Shown: piece after piece, positions 27,364-37,381 of the stretch
How the letters are laid out: each line of letters begins with the position of its first letter
How positions within the stretch are numbered: position 1 is the first letter of the stretch
NCBI GenBank assembly: GCA_023254095.1
Contig: JALNLM010000006.1
Coordinates: 28,146 to 92,145 of the forward strand
Origin: Candidatus Geocrenenecus huangii
GTDB lineage: Archaea; Thermoproteota; Nitrososphaeria_A; Caldarchaeales; Wolframiiraptoraceae
Length of the DNA stretch: 64,000 nt
Direction: 5' to 3'
The notes under the pieces: generated by a model
Databases searched by the model: none
Told to the model about the DNA's origin: nothing
The model's input: the letters and a program-made list of their open reading frames with translations, nothing else
Position numbers and translations under genes: made by a program

Positions 27364-28740
27364 GTGGAGGTTAGAAGACTTAGAACAGGTGTCGAAGGGC
27401 TGGACAAACTAATCCAGGGAGGTATACCTGAGGGTTTCTTCATAGCTGTAACAGGTGAACCAGGATGTGGAAAAACGATCTTCGCTATACACTTTATCTA
27501 TCAGGGTGTTCTCGATAATGATAAATCGATATACGTAACAACCGAGGAAAGTAGAGAATCGATAATAAAGCAGGCTTCCCAATTCAATATGGATTTCGAG
27601 AAGGCCATCCAAGAAAATAAACTAGTAGTTATTGATGCCCTAATGGGTAGAGAAGACAAATGGAGCTTGCAGAGCTTAGATCTCGAAGCATTGGTAGGTA
27701 GGATCATTGAAGCCAAGAGAGAACTCGGATATGGTAGAGCGAGAGTAGCGATAGATTCCATAAGCGCATTCTGGCTCGATAAACCTGCAATGGCTAGAAG
27801 ATACTCTTACTACGTTAAGAAAGTCTTATCAAAATGGAATTTTACGACTGTTGCAATAAGCCAATATGCAATAACAACTTCTCTCCCATATGATCAACCA
27901 ATACTAGTAAGGATAAGTGGGGAAGCGAGGACGGTGCAAATAGGTGATTTAGTAAACAAGCTAATATATGGTGCATCTCCATGGAGTATGGAGGTCGCCT
28001 GTCTCGATTGGAAAGACCTTAAGATTAAATGGGCGAAACCATGCTCGGTCATCAAACATTTGTACAGTGGATTAATCTACAAGATTAAACTACAGGATGG
28101 AAGAGAAGTCTCCGTTACGAGAGACCATAGTTTATTTGTTGTTAGGGACGGCAAAATAAAATGTGTTCCAACAAATGAAATTCGGATAGGCGATTACCTA
28201 TTGGTGCCAGCGAAGCATATTGATGAGGATAAGCGAGTCGGCAACCTTATAGGAGAACGCTTGCAACATGTGGGAGAGTACGTCTTTTCTCCTCCACGAT
28301 CTACTGGTCATTTACTCGGAAACAACGGAGAACTAGGCGATGCGAAGACATTAAGAGTTGAAGACATGGATGTTAGAAATGTTCTAGGAGTAGATGTCTA
28401 CGATATTTCTGTACTGGGTCTAGAAAACTTTATTGCAGGTGTAGGCGGAGTAGTCTGCCATAACTCTGAAGCATTTGGATGGGGGATAGAGCATATAGCG
28501 GATGGGATAATAAGATTTAGAAGGAGTATTAGGTCTGGAGAACTGAAAAGATATGTTCTCATAGAAAAGATGAGACAGACGAATCATAATAGATATCTAC
28601 ATGAGATAGACATTGTATCTGGTAAAGGACTAACCATACTAGGGCCAGTTGAGAGAAGAAGAGAAGATCTCAGTCTCCCTAAAGAGGTTTTTAAGAAGAT
28701 GATTGAATCTAGGAAGAAGGCAGAAGGAGAGATTCCCTGA
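27364..28740 (+). CDS. KaiC-like RecA-superfamily ATPase interrupted by a mini-intein
   Basis: Walker A 'GEPGCGKT'. KaiC-like 'VYVTTEES' and 'TTVAISQ' blocks. Extein resumes 'SEAFGWGIEHIADGIIRF'. Confidence 0.8.
   Translation: MEVRRLRTGVEGLDKLIQGGIPEGFFIAVTGEPGCGKTIFAIHFIYQGVLDNDKSIYVTTEESRESIIKQASQFNMDFEKAIQENKLVVIDALMGREDKWSLQSLDLEALVGRIIEAKRELGYGRARVAIDSISAFWLDKPAMARRYSYYVKKVLSKWNFTTVAISQYAITTSLPYDQPILVRISGEARTVQIGDLVNKLIYGASPWSMEVACLDWKDLKIKWAKPCSVIKHLYSGLIYKIKLQDGREVSVTRDHSLFVVRDGKIKCVPTNEIRIGDYLLVPAKHIDEDKRVGNLIGERLQHVGEYVFSPPRSTGHLLGNNGELGDAKTLRVEDMDVRNVLGVDVYDISVLGLENFIAGVGGVVCHNSEAFGWGIEHIADGIIRFRRSIRSGELKRYVLIEKMRQTNHNRYLHEIDIVSGKGLTILGPVERRREDLSLPKEVFKKMIESRKKAEGEIP
27880..28464 (+). 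mobile_element. Mini-intein (195 aa, Ser1...His-Asn / Ser+1) inside the KaiC-like ATPase
   Basis: Block A 'SLPYDQPILVRISGEARTVQIGDLV', block B 'TRDH', blocks F/G 'VYDISVLGLENFIAGVGGVVCHN' followed by S. No LAGLIDADG or HNH endonuclease motifs. Confidence 0.75.
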
Positions 28741-29606
28741 TGAGTAGGATACTGGAACACTACGTGAAGGAAGAAGTAGTGCGAGAGATAGTTGATTTTT
28801 CAGTAAATAAATGGGTTGCAATCCACTGCAGTACAACCACCGACAACCAAGAAAAAATCATGCTCAGATATTTTCCTAGAAGTAGGAGACCTCTAAGAAT
28901 AGACAGTGAAGATGATTTTAGAAGACTGTTTAATCTGGTAGGAGTCTATAGGCCTAGAACGTTTTATGCCTCGATAAACGTTTACGCTAGGATAGATTCG
29001 CTCGAATACGCTTTAGATAGAATGAATATAATCGGCTCAACTCCTACTTGGGATATAGATTCGACAGATAATGATTATAGGAAAGTTGTAGCAGCCGCAC
29101 GTGAAATCTTAGACATCCTAGAAAAACTACACATCTCAAGATCTCTAATAATTAAATGGAGTGGGAGGGGGATGCATATCCATGTTCATCCGAATGCTTT
29201 TAGCCCTGAATTATACTCGAGGATACACCCCGTGGATGTAGCATACTCGGTGACAGAGTATGTTTTAAGAAGAATTACACCCGTGGAAGGGGTAAATATT
29301 GAGAACAAAATAGATATGGGGAGAGTATTTACAACCCCTCTATCACTTCATAGAGAACTTGATAGAGTAGCTGTATGTATAAATGTAGATGAGCTTGAAG
29401 ATTTTGATTTAAGCTGGACAGATATAGGTAACTTTAAACACGATAAATCATGGAGAAGACATATAACAGGTGAAGGAGATGACTTGGCAGAGAAAGCATT
29501 CGTCGAAATAGGACCATACATCTATAAGGGTGGGAGGAGAAGAATCCATAAACCATTAGATAAACAGATTATGGAGACGTTTAATAGATTCAAGAACGTA
29601 TTCTAG
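28740..29606 (+). CDS. priS: Archaeo-eukaryotic primase small subunit (PriS-like, compact with no Zn knuckle)
   Basis: AEP motif I 'TWDIDSTD', motif II 'SGRGMHIHV', motif III 'RVFTTPLSLHRE'. The ATG overlaps the KaiC stop by 1 nt. Confidence 0.55.
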   Translation: MSRILEHYVKEEVVREIVDFSVNKWVAIHCSTTTDNQEKIMLRYFPRSRRPLRIDSEDDFRRLFNLVGVYRPRTFYASINVYARIDSLEYALDRMNIIGSTPTWDIDSTDNDYRKVVAAAREILDILEKLHISRSLIIKWSGRGMHIHVHPNAFSPELYSRIHPVDVAYSVTEYVLRRITPVEGVNIENKIDMGRVFTTPLSLHRELDRVAVCINVDELEDFDLSWTDIGNFKHDKSWRRHITGEGDDLAEKAFVEIGPYIYKGGRRRIHKPLDKQIMETFNRFKNVF

Positions 29607-30852
29607 ATTTCCTATACTCTAGCTCGGGTGAAAGTTTCTCTAATCCGTTTTCTTCAACATATCCTGCTAGATATCCCGCTGCACAACATGCCCTGAATGG
29701 ATCTACATCGTGTGATAGGAAGAATAAGGTCATTGCTCTTAAAGTCGATGAACCGATTACCCCCAATGGTCTAGAGACCCATGAAGCCTTAACCCTATCA
29801 CCATCACTAACGACGTCTACATGAGATTGATGATAGATAACTTTTCCCTGCTCAACCGCCAGCTCTCTAACTTTTCTCAACCTATCATTGAAAGGCTGCA
29901 TCTCGATAGAAAGATCTCTAACGATAGCTATAGTGGACTCTTTTCCTAACCCCTCGGTCACTATTATATTGTTTCCAGAGCATTGCTCGTGAAGATTTTC
30001 TCCTCCTTCGCCGATGTATACTATCGGAGACGCGGAGGGCTTATCCAGAATGATTTTGGAGCCAAGCTTATCGAGGATCTCGCTTATCTTTTCGCCCGGG
30101 CTTATCAACCCAATGGGTTTAGATTCTTGGGAGAGATCTATCAGGGCGTCTTGCAGATCTCCTGGCCCCATCAGTAATTCTGCTTCCAATGGTATTCCTA
30201 TAGATGCAACAATGACCTCTCCGCAGTATTCCGCAGATGCGGGTATCCCCTTCTTAATTCTGTGGAACGTTATACTCATATCTGCTTTTACTGCTATGTC
30301 TTCAACTTCTCCAGTATCCGGATTTATTCCTGAAGGTATATCTACTGAAAGCTTGAACGCTTTAGTAGAATTAATTATCTGGATCGCTGTTCTATATGGT
30401 TCTTTAATCTTACCTCTAACGCCTGTCCCGAAGATCGCATCGACTATGGCCTCGGCTTTTTCGATAATGGACCTGAGTTCCTGTAGCTTGTTAACATCAT
30501 CAGCCGTGAAGAACTTTACACTCTCTTTCATAGCTCTTACGATCTCTAAGTTTTTCCTAGCTTCGGGTGTTCGGATCTTCTCAGGTGGGGATAAGAGTAT
30601 GACCGTCGTATTGGCACCCATGGAGGCCAAGTGTCTCGCTGCCGCCATCCCATCTCCACCATTGTTTCCAGGTCCGCAGAATACTACCACATTAACTCCT
30701 TTCAATGTACCGATCCAGTTATAGACAGCTCTAGCAACATTTGCTCCAGCATTCTCCATTAAGAGGATCCTCGGTATACCAAGCCATTCAGAATTCTCAT
30801 CGGCTATCATCATTTCTCTACTCGTTATTGTAAATCTTTCCAACTCAAACAT
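29590..30852 (-). CDS. nnr: Bifunctional NAD(P)H-hydrate repair enzyme (YjeF-N epimerase + YjeF-C dehydratase)
   Basis: N-terminal 'VVVFCGPGNNGGDG' (YjeF-N). C-terminal ribokinase-like domain with 'GVIGSSTLRAMTLFF'. Confidence 0.6.
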   Translation of the reverse strand: MFELERFTITSREMMIADENSEWLGIPRILLMENAGANVARAVYNWIGTLKGVNVVVFCGPGNNGGDGMAAARHLASMGANTTVILLSPPEKIRTPEARKNLEIVRAMKESVKFFTADDVNKLQELRSIIEKAEAIVDAIFGTGVRGKIKEPYRTAIQIINSTKAFKLSVDIPSGINPDTGEVEDIAVKADMSITFHRIKKGIPASAEYCGEVIVASIGIPLEAELLMGPGDLQDALIDLSQESKPIGLISPGEKISEILDKLGSKIILDKPSASPIVYIGEGGENLHEQCSGNNIIVTEGLGKESTIAIVRDLSIEMQPFNDRLRKVRELAVEQGKVIYHQSHVDVVSDGDRVKASWVSRPLGVIGSSTLRAMTLFFLSHDVDPFRACCAAGYLAGYVEENGLEKLSPELEYRKSRIRS

Positions 30853-30937
30853 GGTTTTCCTTCAACTATCATTCAAGTAAACTATATAATTAGTTTATCT
30901 TTTTTCCCGGATACAGAGAGCCAACTCTCAGTAGACA

Positions 30938-31642
30938 TTATAGTAAGCGGAGATAACGTATGACTTTATCAGCAGCGTGCTCTACTAGTTCTTTTGGAAT
31001 ACCCTCTACTCCGTATGCAACTATCAATACCCTCTTTGTACTCCATCCTATCATTGTTCTTAAACTATCTCTATAGGGGAAGACATGTATTATACCTACA
31101 TCGTCTGATAAGACTATCGATCTCGGCTCAAGTTTTATTATTCTTCCAGTAAAATCTATGAACTCTTCACCTTGTCTTGCAAATCTTAAAACTGGTTCTC
31201 CAACGATCTTATCCAAGTCGTACAGTCCTATAGGTATGAGCGTTTCAGCTGATGCTAGATTTCCAGCATCTACAACATTATTTATTAATGGAAATGATGA
31301 TCCACCAAGTATCCTCCTGACTAGTGCTTCACTAGTAGGGCGAACCCTTGTTGGGTCAACGCCGATCTTCCAGAAAAAATCTCTAAGAGATTTGACAACA
31401 CGATTTTCTTTTAAATTTTCCAGAGTATAATTAATAGATGATCTGAGTTCTTTTACTAATTCTTCGAGATTTCTAGATTGTCTAACTTTTACGTCTACCT
31501 CTCTGGTTGAAATGTAGATTTCAGGAAATTCTTGAGCTAGCGTTGGCTCTATCTGAACTGTTACCATACGCGTTTCGTGGGTCTGCTCAACTCTTAAGGA
31601 TTCATTCTGGAGGTGGAGGCAAGTACGGAGGAGGTCTTTCAC
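30938..31642 (-). CDS. B3/B4 tRNA-binding domain protein (PheT B3_4-like, stand-alone)
   Basis: 'RPTSEALVRRILGGSSFPLINNVVDAGNLASAETLIPIGLYDLDKI' is the B3/4 core. The start is probably at the internal 'MVTVQIE'. Confidence 0.55.
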   Translation of the reverse strand: MKDLLRTCLHLQNESLRVEQTHETRMVTVQIEPTLAQEFPEIYISTREVDVKVRQSRNLEELVKELRSSINYTLENLKENRVVKSLRDFFWKIGVDPTRVRPTSEALVRRILGGSSFPLINNVVDAGNLASAETLIPIGLYDLDKIVGEPVLRFARQGEEFIDFTGRIIKLEPRSIVLSDDVGIIHVFPYRDSLRTMIGWSTKRVLIVAYGVEGIPKELVEHAADKVIRYLRLL

Positions 31643-32276
31643 GCTTGGCTTCCGGTATACTAAAGAACGATACAGCTGAGAATATTAATGATAGTAGGCC
31701 GAGTAATGCTATGCAACCTATTCCAATGAAGTATATGCCGAGTATGTTGAATATTTCTGAGGGTGTAGTAAAGAAAGGTGTGTAGAAGTCTACAGTCAAT
31801 GCTAGGAGTATGAATGATGCGATTATGATAATGCCCACGATCACGGTGATTATCCTCATCCATCCTGCTCTCTTAAACCATTTAACATCATATACAGTTG
31901 CCGCTCTGAAATGGGATACTAGCTCGAATATCCACACAACTAATGCTAAGACCGCAGATACTCCTGCCAATAACAAGAATAATCCAATAGTGTTTAGGAA
32001 TTCACTGAATAATCCTGGTGGAACACTAGGGTATCCTCCTAGAAGTGATTCACTCATTAAACTTCGCATGAAGGGGAACAAGATAGCTAATATAATCGCA
32101 CTCATTATCATGTTGATGAACATTAGTATGCCTGTTGCCTTAAAGATCCCTTGCTTAGTATCACTTCCAGCCATAATCCATGCAATTCCAACGATAATCA
32201 GCCCAACGAGATTTACAAACGGTATGAACATCAATATATATCCAATCCCACCCAGCCATTTATAACCTCTATTCAT
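31602..32276 (-). CDS. Polytopic membrane protein, hypothetical (C-terminal Pro-rich tail)
   Basis: Six or seven TM helices. Ends in 'PPPYLPPPPE'. Confidence 0.4.
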   Translation of the reverse strand: MNRGYKWLGGIGYILMFIPFVNLVGLIIVGIAWIMAGSDTKQGIFKATGILMFINMIMSAIILAILFPFMRSLMSESLLGGYPSVPPGLFSEFLNTIGLFLLLAGVSAVLALVVWIFELVSHFRAATVYDVKWFKRAGWMRIITVIVGIIIIASFILLALTVDFYTPFFTTPSEIFNILGIYFIGIGCIALLGLLSLIFSAVSFFSIPEAKRERPPPYLPPPPE

Positions 32277-32440
32277 TAGCTAAATAAGTTCACACCTAAT
32301 ATATAAAGAATGATAGGTTAAGTAACTGCATATATTATAGGGGAGTCTTCTTACTTAATGGATTAATGTCTAGATGAAGCTCTAGCTTAGAAACGACCTT
32401 GCTAAACCATGTTTAAGAGTACTCGCACATGTAAAGTCAT

Positions 32441-33019
32441 TTACAATTTCTTGAAGAGTGGTAGGATCCCTAGATGATATACGTCCGTTCTGTATTCTCC
32501 TTCTACTAGTATTGCTGCTACTTTTGTTACTTTTCCTCCTGCTTCCTCAACTATTTGCTTCATAGCTCTTATCGTTTCCCCGGTGCTGATTATATCGTCA
32601 ACTATTCCTACTCTCTTTCCCGAGATTCTATCCTTGTATCTTCCATCTATGCAGAGAACCAGCTCATGTCTACTGGTTATCGGTTTAAACTTTACCACTA
32701 TAGGGTTCTTCATGAATGGCTTCATTTCTTTTCTACATACTATGTAGTATGGATGTCTGAGCTTAAGTGATATTTCATGAACTAAAGCTATACCCTTACT
32801 CTCAGCAGTCATTAAAACATCGGTGTCCTTAAGATACTCTGACAATATGTTTGCACAGTGAGCTATAAATTCTCTATCACCTAGACTATCAAAGTATGCT
32901 ATCCACGTATCTTCGCTCACTTGAACCATAGGTAATCTCCTCTTAAATCCCTGAATATTCAGTTCATAATACTCTTGACCAGTATACGGTAAGATACTAC
33001 TTCCGCTCATATCAAACAC
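32441..33019 (-). CDS. Type I phosphoribosyltransferase (purine/adenine PRTase-like)
   Basis: PRPP-binding motif 'VGIVDDIISTGETI'. Confidence 0.6.
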   Translation of the reverse strand: MFDMSGSSILPYTGQEYYELNIQGFKRRLPMVQVSEDTWIAYFDSLGDREFIAHCANILSEYLKDTDVLMTAESKGIALVHEISLKLRHPYYIVCRKEMKPFMKNPIVVKFKPITSRHELVLCIDGRYKDRISGKRVGIVDDIISTGETIRAMKQIVEEAGGKVTKVAAILVEGEYRTDVYHLGILPLFKKL

Positions 33020-33191
33020 CTAGACGTTTCAGCAAGTAAATACGATGTCTGAACTAATAATTAAAGATATTCTTCAACCGCAGATGACCATTGAGGAATC
33101 AATCACATTCTTTCAGAATACTCTCCACTTGATACTGTAAACTTTCCAGACTACTTATCTCACCTCGTCTAGAAGCTAATGATTAAAACTA

Positions 33192-34439
33192 TTGATTTTT
33201 GAAGAGACCACCGCATTGAGTAGATACGAGATTATCCAAAGCATCAGCATAAAAGATTCTTGGAAGTATGCCGAAGATGGATGGGGAGTAAGCCTACATA
33301 GAATCTGTTCTAGAACGGGCTCATTCCCACCTCCTCTTGCCTACTACTTCATAGTAAAATATTCGAGACCTGGAGACAAGGTCTTAGATCCTTTCAGTGG
33401 CAAGGGGACTGCGCCTCTAGAAGCATGTTTGAATGATAGAGTAGGAGTAGGAAACGATCTTGCTCCTGAGGCTTACGTTTTGACTAGGGCGAAGGTCAGA
33501 CCTGTGAGCTATCGTGATGTCTCGAGATGGGCTGAGTGGGCTAAGCCGAGAGTATTACGGGAAGCACATGAATACAGAATAGAAGATATCGAAGATGAAG
33601 TCAAGATATTCTACAATAAGTATACTTTAAAGCAGATACTTGCTGTCAGAGATTTAGTCGAAGAACTTGAGGATGAAGACTTATCAAACTTCCTGAAAGC
33701 ATTAATGCTTGGAATACTTCATGGGCCCTCTGGCATCCACCTAAGTATTAGGTGTTCTCACTCTTTTTCCATGTCTCCTGGATACGTGAAGAAATACATT
33801 AAAGAAAATCATCTAAAAAAACCTCGAAGGGATGTTCTGAAATGTCTAATGCTTAAAGCTGAGAGAGTCTTTAAGGACGGCATTCCAGCAGTAAAAGGAT
33901 ATGCTTTCATGAATGATGCTAGAAGTCTCCCCATAGAGGATGAAAGTATAGATTTCGTGATCACCTCTCCACCATACTTCAACATGCAGACGTACGCTTG
34001 GGACAATTGGCTCAGATTGTGGTTTCTCGGATACCGATACAAGGATGTAAGAGAAAAACTCTTCCATACAAATTCTCTAAAGAAATTCAATGCTTTCTTC
34101 AAAGATTGTCTAAGAGAGATCTTTAGAGTATTGAAATGGGATAGAGCTGCCGTGATAGTTCTTGGAACGGTTAAACTAAATGGTAAGATAATAAATATGG
34201 CTGAAGAAGTAGCTCCGATAGCTGAGGAAATTGGCTTCAATGTTCAATCGGTAATATATGATGGTATACCAAAGTCAAATAAATACCTATGGTACCTAGA
34301 TGGAGGCCAGGGAGTAGATAAAGAAGTAGTACTGATATTGACGAAAGGAGAATTCACTCCAAACATTATCCGGATAGATTGGAGGAATGCTAAGCCGACT
34401 TCTATAATTAAAGAATGTGTTGAGGTGATGGCGACATGA
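33192..34439 (+). CDS. DNA methyltransferase (alpha-class amino-MTase; N4-cytosine or N6-adenine)
   Basis: Motif I 'VLDPFSGKGTAPLEA' N-terminal and motif IV 'VITSPPY' C-terminal, with about 190 aa between them (target-recognition region). TTG start. Confidence 0.8.
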   Translation: MIFEETTALSRYEIIQSISIKDSWKYAEDGWGVSLHRICSRTGSFPPPLAYYFIVKYSRPGDKVLDPFSGKGTAPLEACLNDRVGVGNDLAPEAYVLTRAKVRPVSYRDVSRWAEWAKPRVLREAHEYRIEDIEDEVKIFYNKYTLKQILAVRDLVEELEDEDLSNFLKALMLGILHGPSGIHLSIRCSHSFSMSPGYVKKYIKENHLKKPRRDVLKCLMLKAERVFKDGIPAVKGYAFMNDARSLPIEDESIDFVITSPPYFNMQTYAWDNWLRLWFLGYRYKDVREKLFHTNSLKKFNAFFKDCLREIFRVLKWDRAAVIVLGTVKLNGKIINMAEEVAPIAEEIGFNVQSVIYDGIPKSNKYLWYLDGGQGVDKEVVLILTKGEFTPNIIRIDWRNAKPTSIIKECVEVMAT

Positions 34440-35548
34440 TATTTGAAACACATGGAGATACATGTAGGCTGGGTTACCTAAGACTGATTCCGTGCATAAT
34501 GGAGGATGATGAACCTAGAAGCTTCGACTTCATCTCAAGTATACTCTACGACATGGTTAAGAACGTAGGTGGAGTAGAAGCTGTTTCACGAAACACCATT
34601 GGATTGATTACGAGAGCGGTAAACTCTAGAAATTACGTTACGTTGGCCGCTGAAATGAATATAATTGATAGGAAGACTCAGAAACTTGGACATTTTGGGA
34701 AGATCTATCTAATCCTGAACTCCAGCAACTTGGTTAGAGAGTTTATTGAGGGCAGGTATCTTCCATCCATGAGAGAGTTGATAACCTTAAACGATGCTGA
34801 GAAGCTCTACTTCTTATGGGTTCTAGTCTCTACAGACTACCCCTTCATAGAACTGATAATTAGCTGGATTGTAGAGAAAGAAAAATTTACAAGACAAGAG
34901 GCCATGACTTATATAATGGAGGAGGCTTATCCTGCATCATTAAGAAAGATAGTGACCACGCTTCCTGAAAGCAAGAGGAAAAGTATCGAGTTGGAAGCTT
35001 CTGAAGCAGAAAAGTTTAGAGAGAAACGTCTATCTATAAAAGATAAAACAGAGTGGATTAAGACAAGCCTGTATGCGAAGTACCGTCATATAGCTCCCCC
35101 TCGCCTTGAATGGCTAGTGGACATAGGAGTCCTGAGGAGAGACGGTAGAGGTAAATACTCGGTAGATGAAAGATTGATAAAAGGTCTCGACAAGATCTCT
35201 AGGATTCCAAGGATGAGCTTGCATAAGGTGGAAGAATACATATTTGAAGAATTTTCAAAGACTATGTTCAGTAGCTTAAGGAATGCTGGAAGGTACGAAA
35301 TATCCAAGACAATAGTTGAAGCATATAACAGTCTTGAGAGATTTGGTCTTAGACCTATTAGACTAGACTACCTAGAAAAAGTTACAGCATTACTCTTGAT
35401 TGAAAAGAAATCCTATGCAAATATATCAATGATACATGATGTCTTCAATAGCCTGGCGATAAGATTTCCGGACAAGATCTATATCTCTCCAGCTCCCAGT
35501 GGAAGTATAAATGTTGCAAAGATTGATCTAACAGATACAGAGATCTAG
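34436..35548 (+). CDS. Unknown 370-aa protein translationally coupled to the MTase (candidate restriction/defence partner)
   Basis: ATG overlaps the MTase stop ('ATGA'). No PD-(D/E)xK, HNH, GIY-YIG or P-loop motif recognisable by eye. Confidence 0.4.
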   Translation: MIFETHGDTCRLGYLRLIPCIMEDDEPRSFDFISSILYDMVKNVGGVEAVSRNTIGLITRAVNSRNYVTLAAEMNIIDRKTQKLGHFGKIYLILNSSNLVREFIEGRYLPSMRELITLNDAEKLYFLWVLVSTDYPFIELIISWIVEKEKFTRQEAMTYIMEEAYPASLRKIVTTLPESKRKSIELEASEAEKFREKRLSIKDKTEWIKTSLYAKYRHIAPPRLEWLVDIGVLRRDGRGKYSVDERLIKGLDKISRIPRMSLHKVEEYIFEEFSKTMFSSLRNAGRYEISKTIVEAYNSLERFGLRPIRLDYLEKVTALLLIEKKSYANISMIHDVFNSLAIRFPDKIYISPAPSGSINVAKIDLTDTEI

Positions 35549-35594
35549 TTCCCCCATAAGTCTTTAGCAGTTTAGTATTCTTTTCTGAGTTGAG

Positions 35595-36887
35595 TTGATA
35601 TATTTATATCATGCTTTTTATAACTATGTTATTAGAAATATGGTTAAGGTATCAGAATTCCTGAAAGAGCATGGTAAACCTCCTAGAGAAGTGTATCTGG
35701 ACCACGAGAATTGTGGATGGGTTCCGCCAGAAGTCGTTGAGGCGATGTTACCATACTTTAACAAAAAGGGATACGGGCACCCCTCGATAACCAATCTGCC
35801 TGGATGGGAAGCATATGAAGTTATAGAGTCTACAATCGAGAAAATAAATAAAAGCATTAATGCTAGAGATGGAGAATTAGTCTTAACTCATAATGGAACT
35901 GAAGCAAACAATTTAGCAATCATAGGTTCAGCTCTCGCAAGAAGCAAAGAAAGAAATAAAATCATAATATCTGCTATCGAGCATGTAAGTATTATTTTTC
36001 CCGCAAGGTCTCTTGAGGAGAATGGTTATAGAGTTGTCATGATCCCAGTAGACAAAGAAGGTTTTGTCGACCCATACATGTTAAGTACGTTGATCGATAA
36101 TGAGACTCTAATGGTAAGCATTCAAATGGTGAATCATGAGATAGGGACGATACAGAATATAAAAGAATTGGTAGAGACCGTGAAAGACAAGGATGATCGA
36201 ATAATTTTCCACACAGACGCAGTCGACGCTTATGGCAGAATAAATATCGATGTAGAAGAACTAGGGATAGACCTGTTAACGCTCAGCAGTCATAAGATTC
36301 ATGGTCCTAGAGGTGTCGGGGCACTATACGTAAGAGAAGGACTGAAATTGAAGCCAATAATGCATGGAGCCCTTAGCACTCAAAAGATGTGGCCAAGTGT
36401 AGAGAACGTTCCCGCAATCGCAGGGTTCAGTAGGGCGATCGATTTGGCTTTTACAAACTTTGAAGATAACGTTGAGAAGATGAAGATGCTTAGAGATATG
36501 CTGATAGAAGGCATATTAGAAGAAGTTCCAGAAGTATTGTTAAATGGTCCAACAGGAGAGAAGAGAGCTCCCGACAATGTAAACATGAGCTTCCTCCATG
36601 TCGAGGGAGAATCTATAACAGTAGAATTAAGTTTGAGAGGAATATACGTTTCAAGTGGAAGCGCTTGTACGAGCAGAGTCTTAGAGCCTAGCCACGTGAT
36701 CCTAGCTATAGGTAGAAAGTATGAGGAAGCGCATGGAAGTATACTCTTCAAAACATCTAGATATCAAAAAGTAGAAGACATAGATTATGTCTTGTCGCAG
36801 GTGCCTGCAGCGATCGAGAGGCTTAGAACGATAAGCCCATTAGTTAGAGAAAGTCGAGGAATACTCAAGAAGATGGTGGGAACATGA
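35595..36887 (+). CDS. Cysteine desulfurase (NifS/IscS-like class V aminotransferase)
   Basis: 'SSHKIHGPRGVGALYV' PLP-Lys region and 'SSGSACTS' catalytic Cys loop. The start is probably at the internal 'MVKVSEF'. Confidence 0.8.
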   Translation: MIYLYHAFYNYVIRNMVKVSEFLKEHGKPPREVYLDHENCGWVPPEVVEAMLPYFNKKGYGHPSITNLPGWEAYEVIESTIEKINKSINARDGELVLTHNGTEANNLAIIGSALARSKERNKIIISAIEHVSIIFPARSLEENGYRVVMIPVDKEGFVDPYMLSTLIDNETLMVSIQMVNHEIGTIQNIKELVETVKDKDDRIIFHTDAVDAYGRINIDVEELGIDLLTLSSHKIHGPRGVGALYVREGLKLKPIMHGALSTQKMWPSVENVPAIAGFSRAIDLAFTNFEDNVEKMKMLRDMLIEGILEEVPEVLLNGPTGEKRAPDNVNMSFLHVEGESITVELSLRGIYVSSGSACTSRVLEPSHVILAIGRKYEEAHGSILFKTSRYQKVEDIDYVLSQVPAAIERLRTISPLVRESRGILKKMVGT

Positions 36888-37381
36888 GTACAAGAACACC
36901 TCTTATCTATACTCCCAAGATACTTGATTTATTTAGGAATCCAAGAAATCTCGGCAGAATGGAAGATGCAACAGTTTCCTCCCAGGCCGGTAGCCCAGCA
37001 TGTGGTGATGTAATAACAATATATCTAAAGATCGATGGAGAAAAGATAACAGATGCATCATTTGAGAGTTATGGATGTGCAGCGAACATCGCCGCTGCGA
37101 GCATCATCACAGAAATGGTTAGGAATAAGACTCTTAAAGAAGCATGGAGCATCACTTGGGAAGACGTAACCAACGAGCTTGGAGGTTTACCATCGATAAA
37201 GTATCATTGTAGCATTCTGGCTGTCGGAGGATTAAAGAGGGCCATTAGAAAGTATTTTGAAGAAGTTAGAAGAGAACGTCCAGAATGGCTTCCAGAGAAT
37301 CTCAGCAAAGAAGAAAGACAAGCTTTAGAGGAAGAAGAATTGATTGAGAAAATCTATAGGAAGTATGGAGTTGCGCCATGA
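36884..37381 (+). CDS. IscU/NifU-like Fe-S scaffold with C-terminal helical extension
   Basis: Three conserved Cys ('PACGD', 'YGCAAN', 'HCSILA'). Overlapping start. Confidence 0.75.
   Translation: MSTRTPLIYTPKILDLFRNPRNLGRMEDATVSSQAGSPACGDVITIYLKIDGEKITDASFESYGCAANIAAASIITEMVRNKTLKEAWSITWEDVTNELGGLPSIKYHCSILAVGGLKRAIRKYFEEVRRERPEWLPENLSKEERQALEEEELIEKIYRKYGVAP

Noticed and set aside
29983-30724. ORFs 29983-30177 and 30014-30724 (+) opposite the nnr gene
   Set aside because: They are fully antisense to a well-supported conserved gene, and their products are Ser/Pro/Ile-rich low-complexity. This is a typical shadow ORF.
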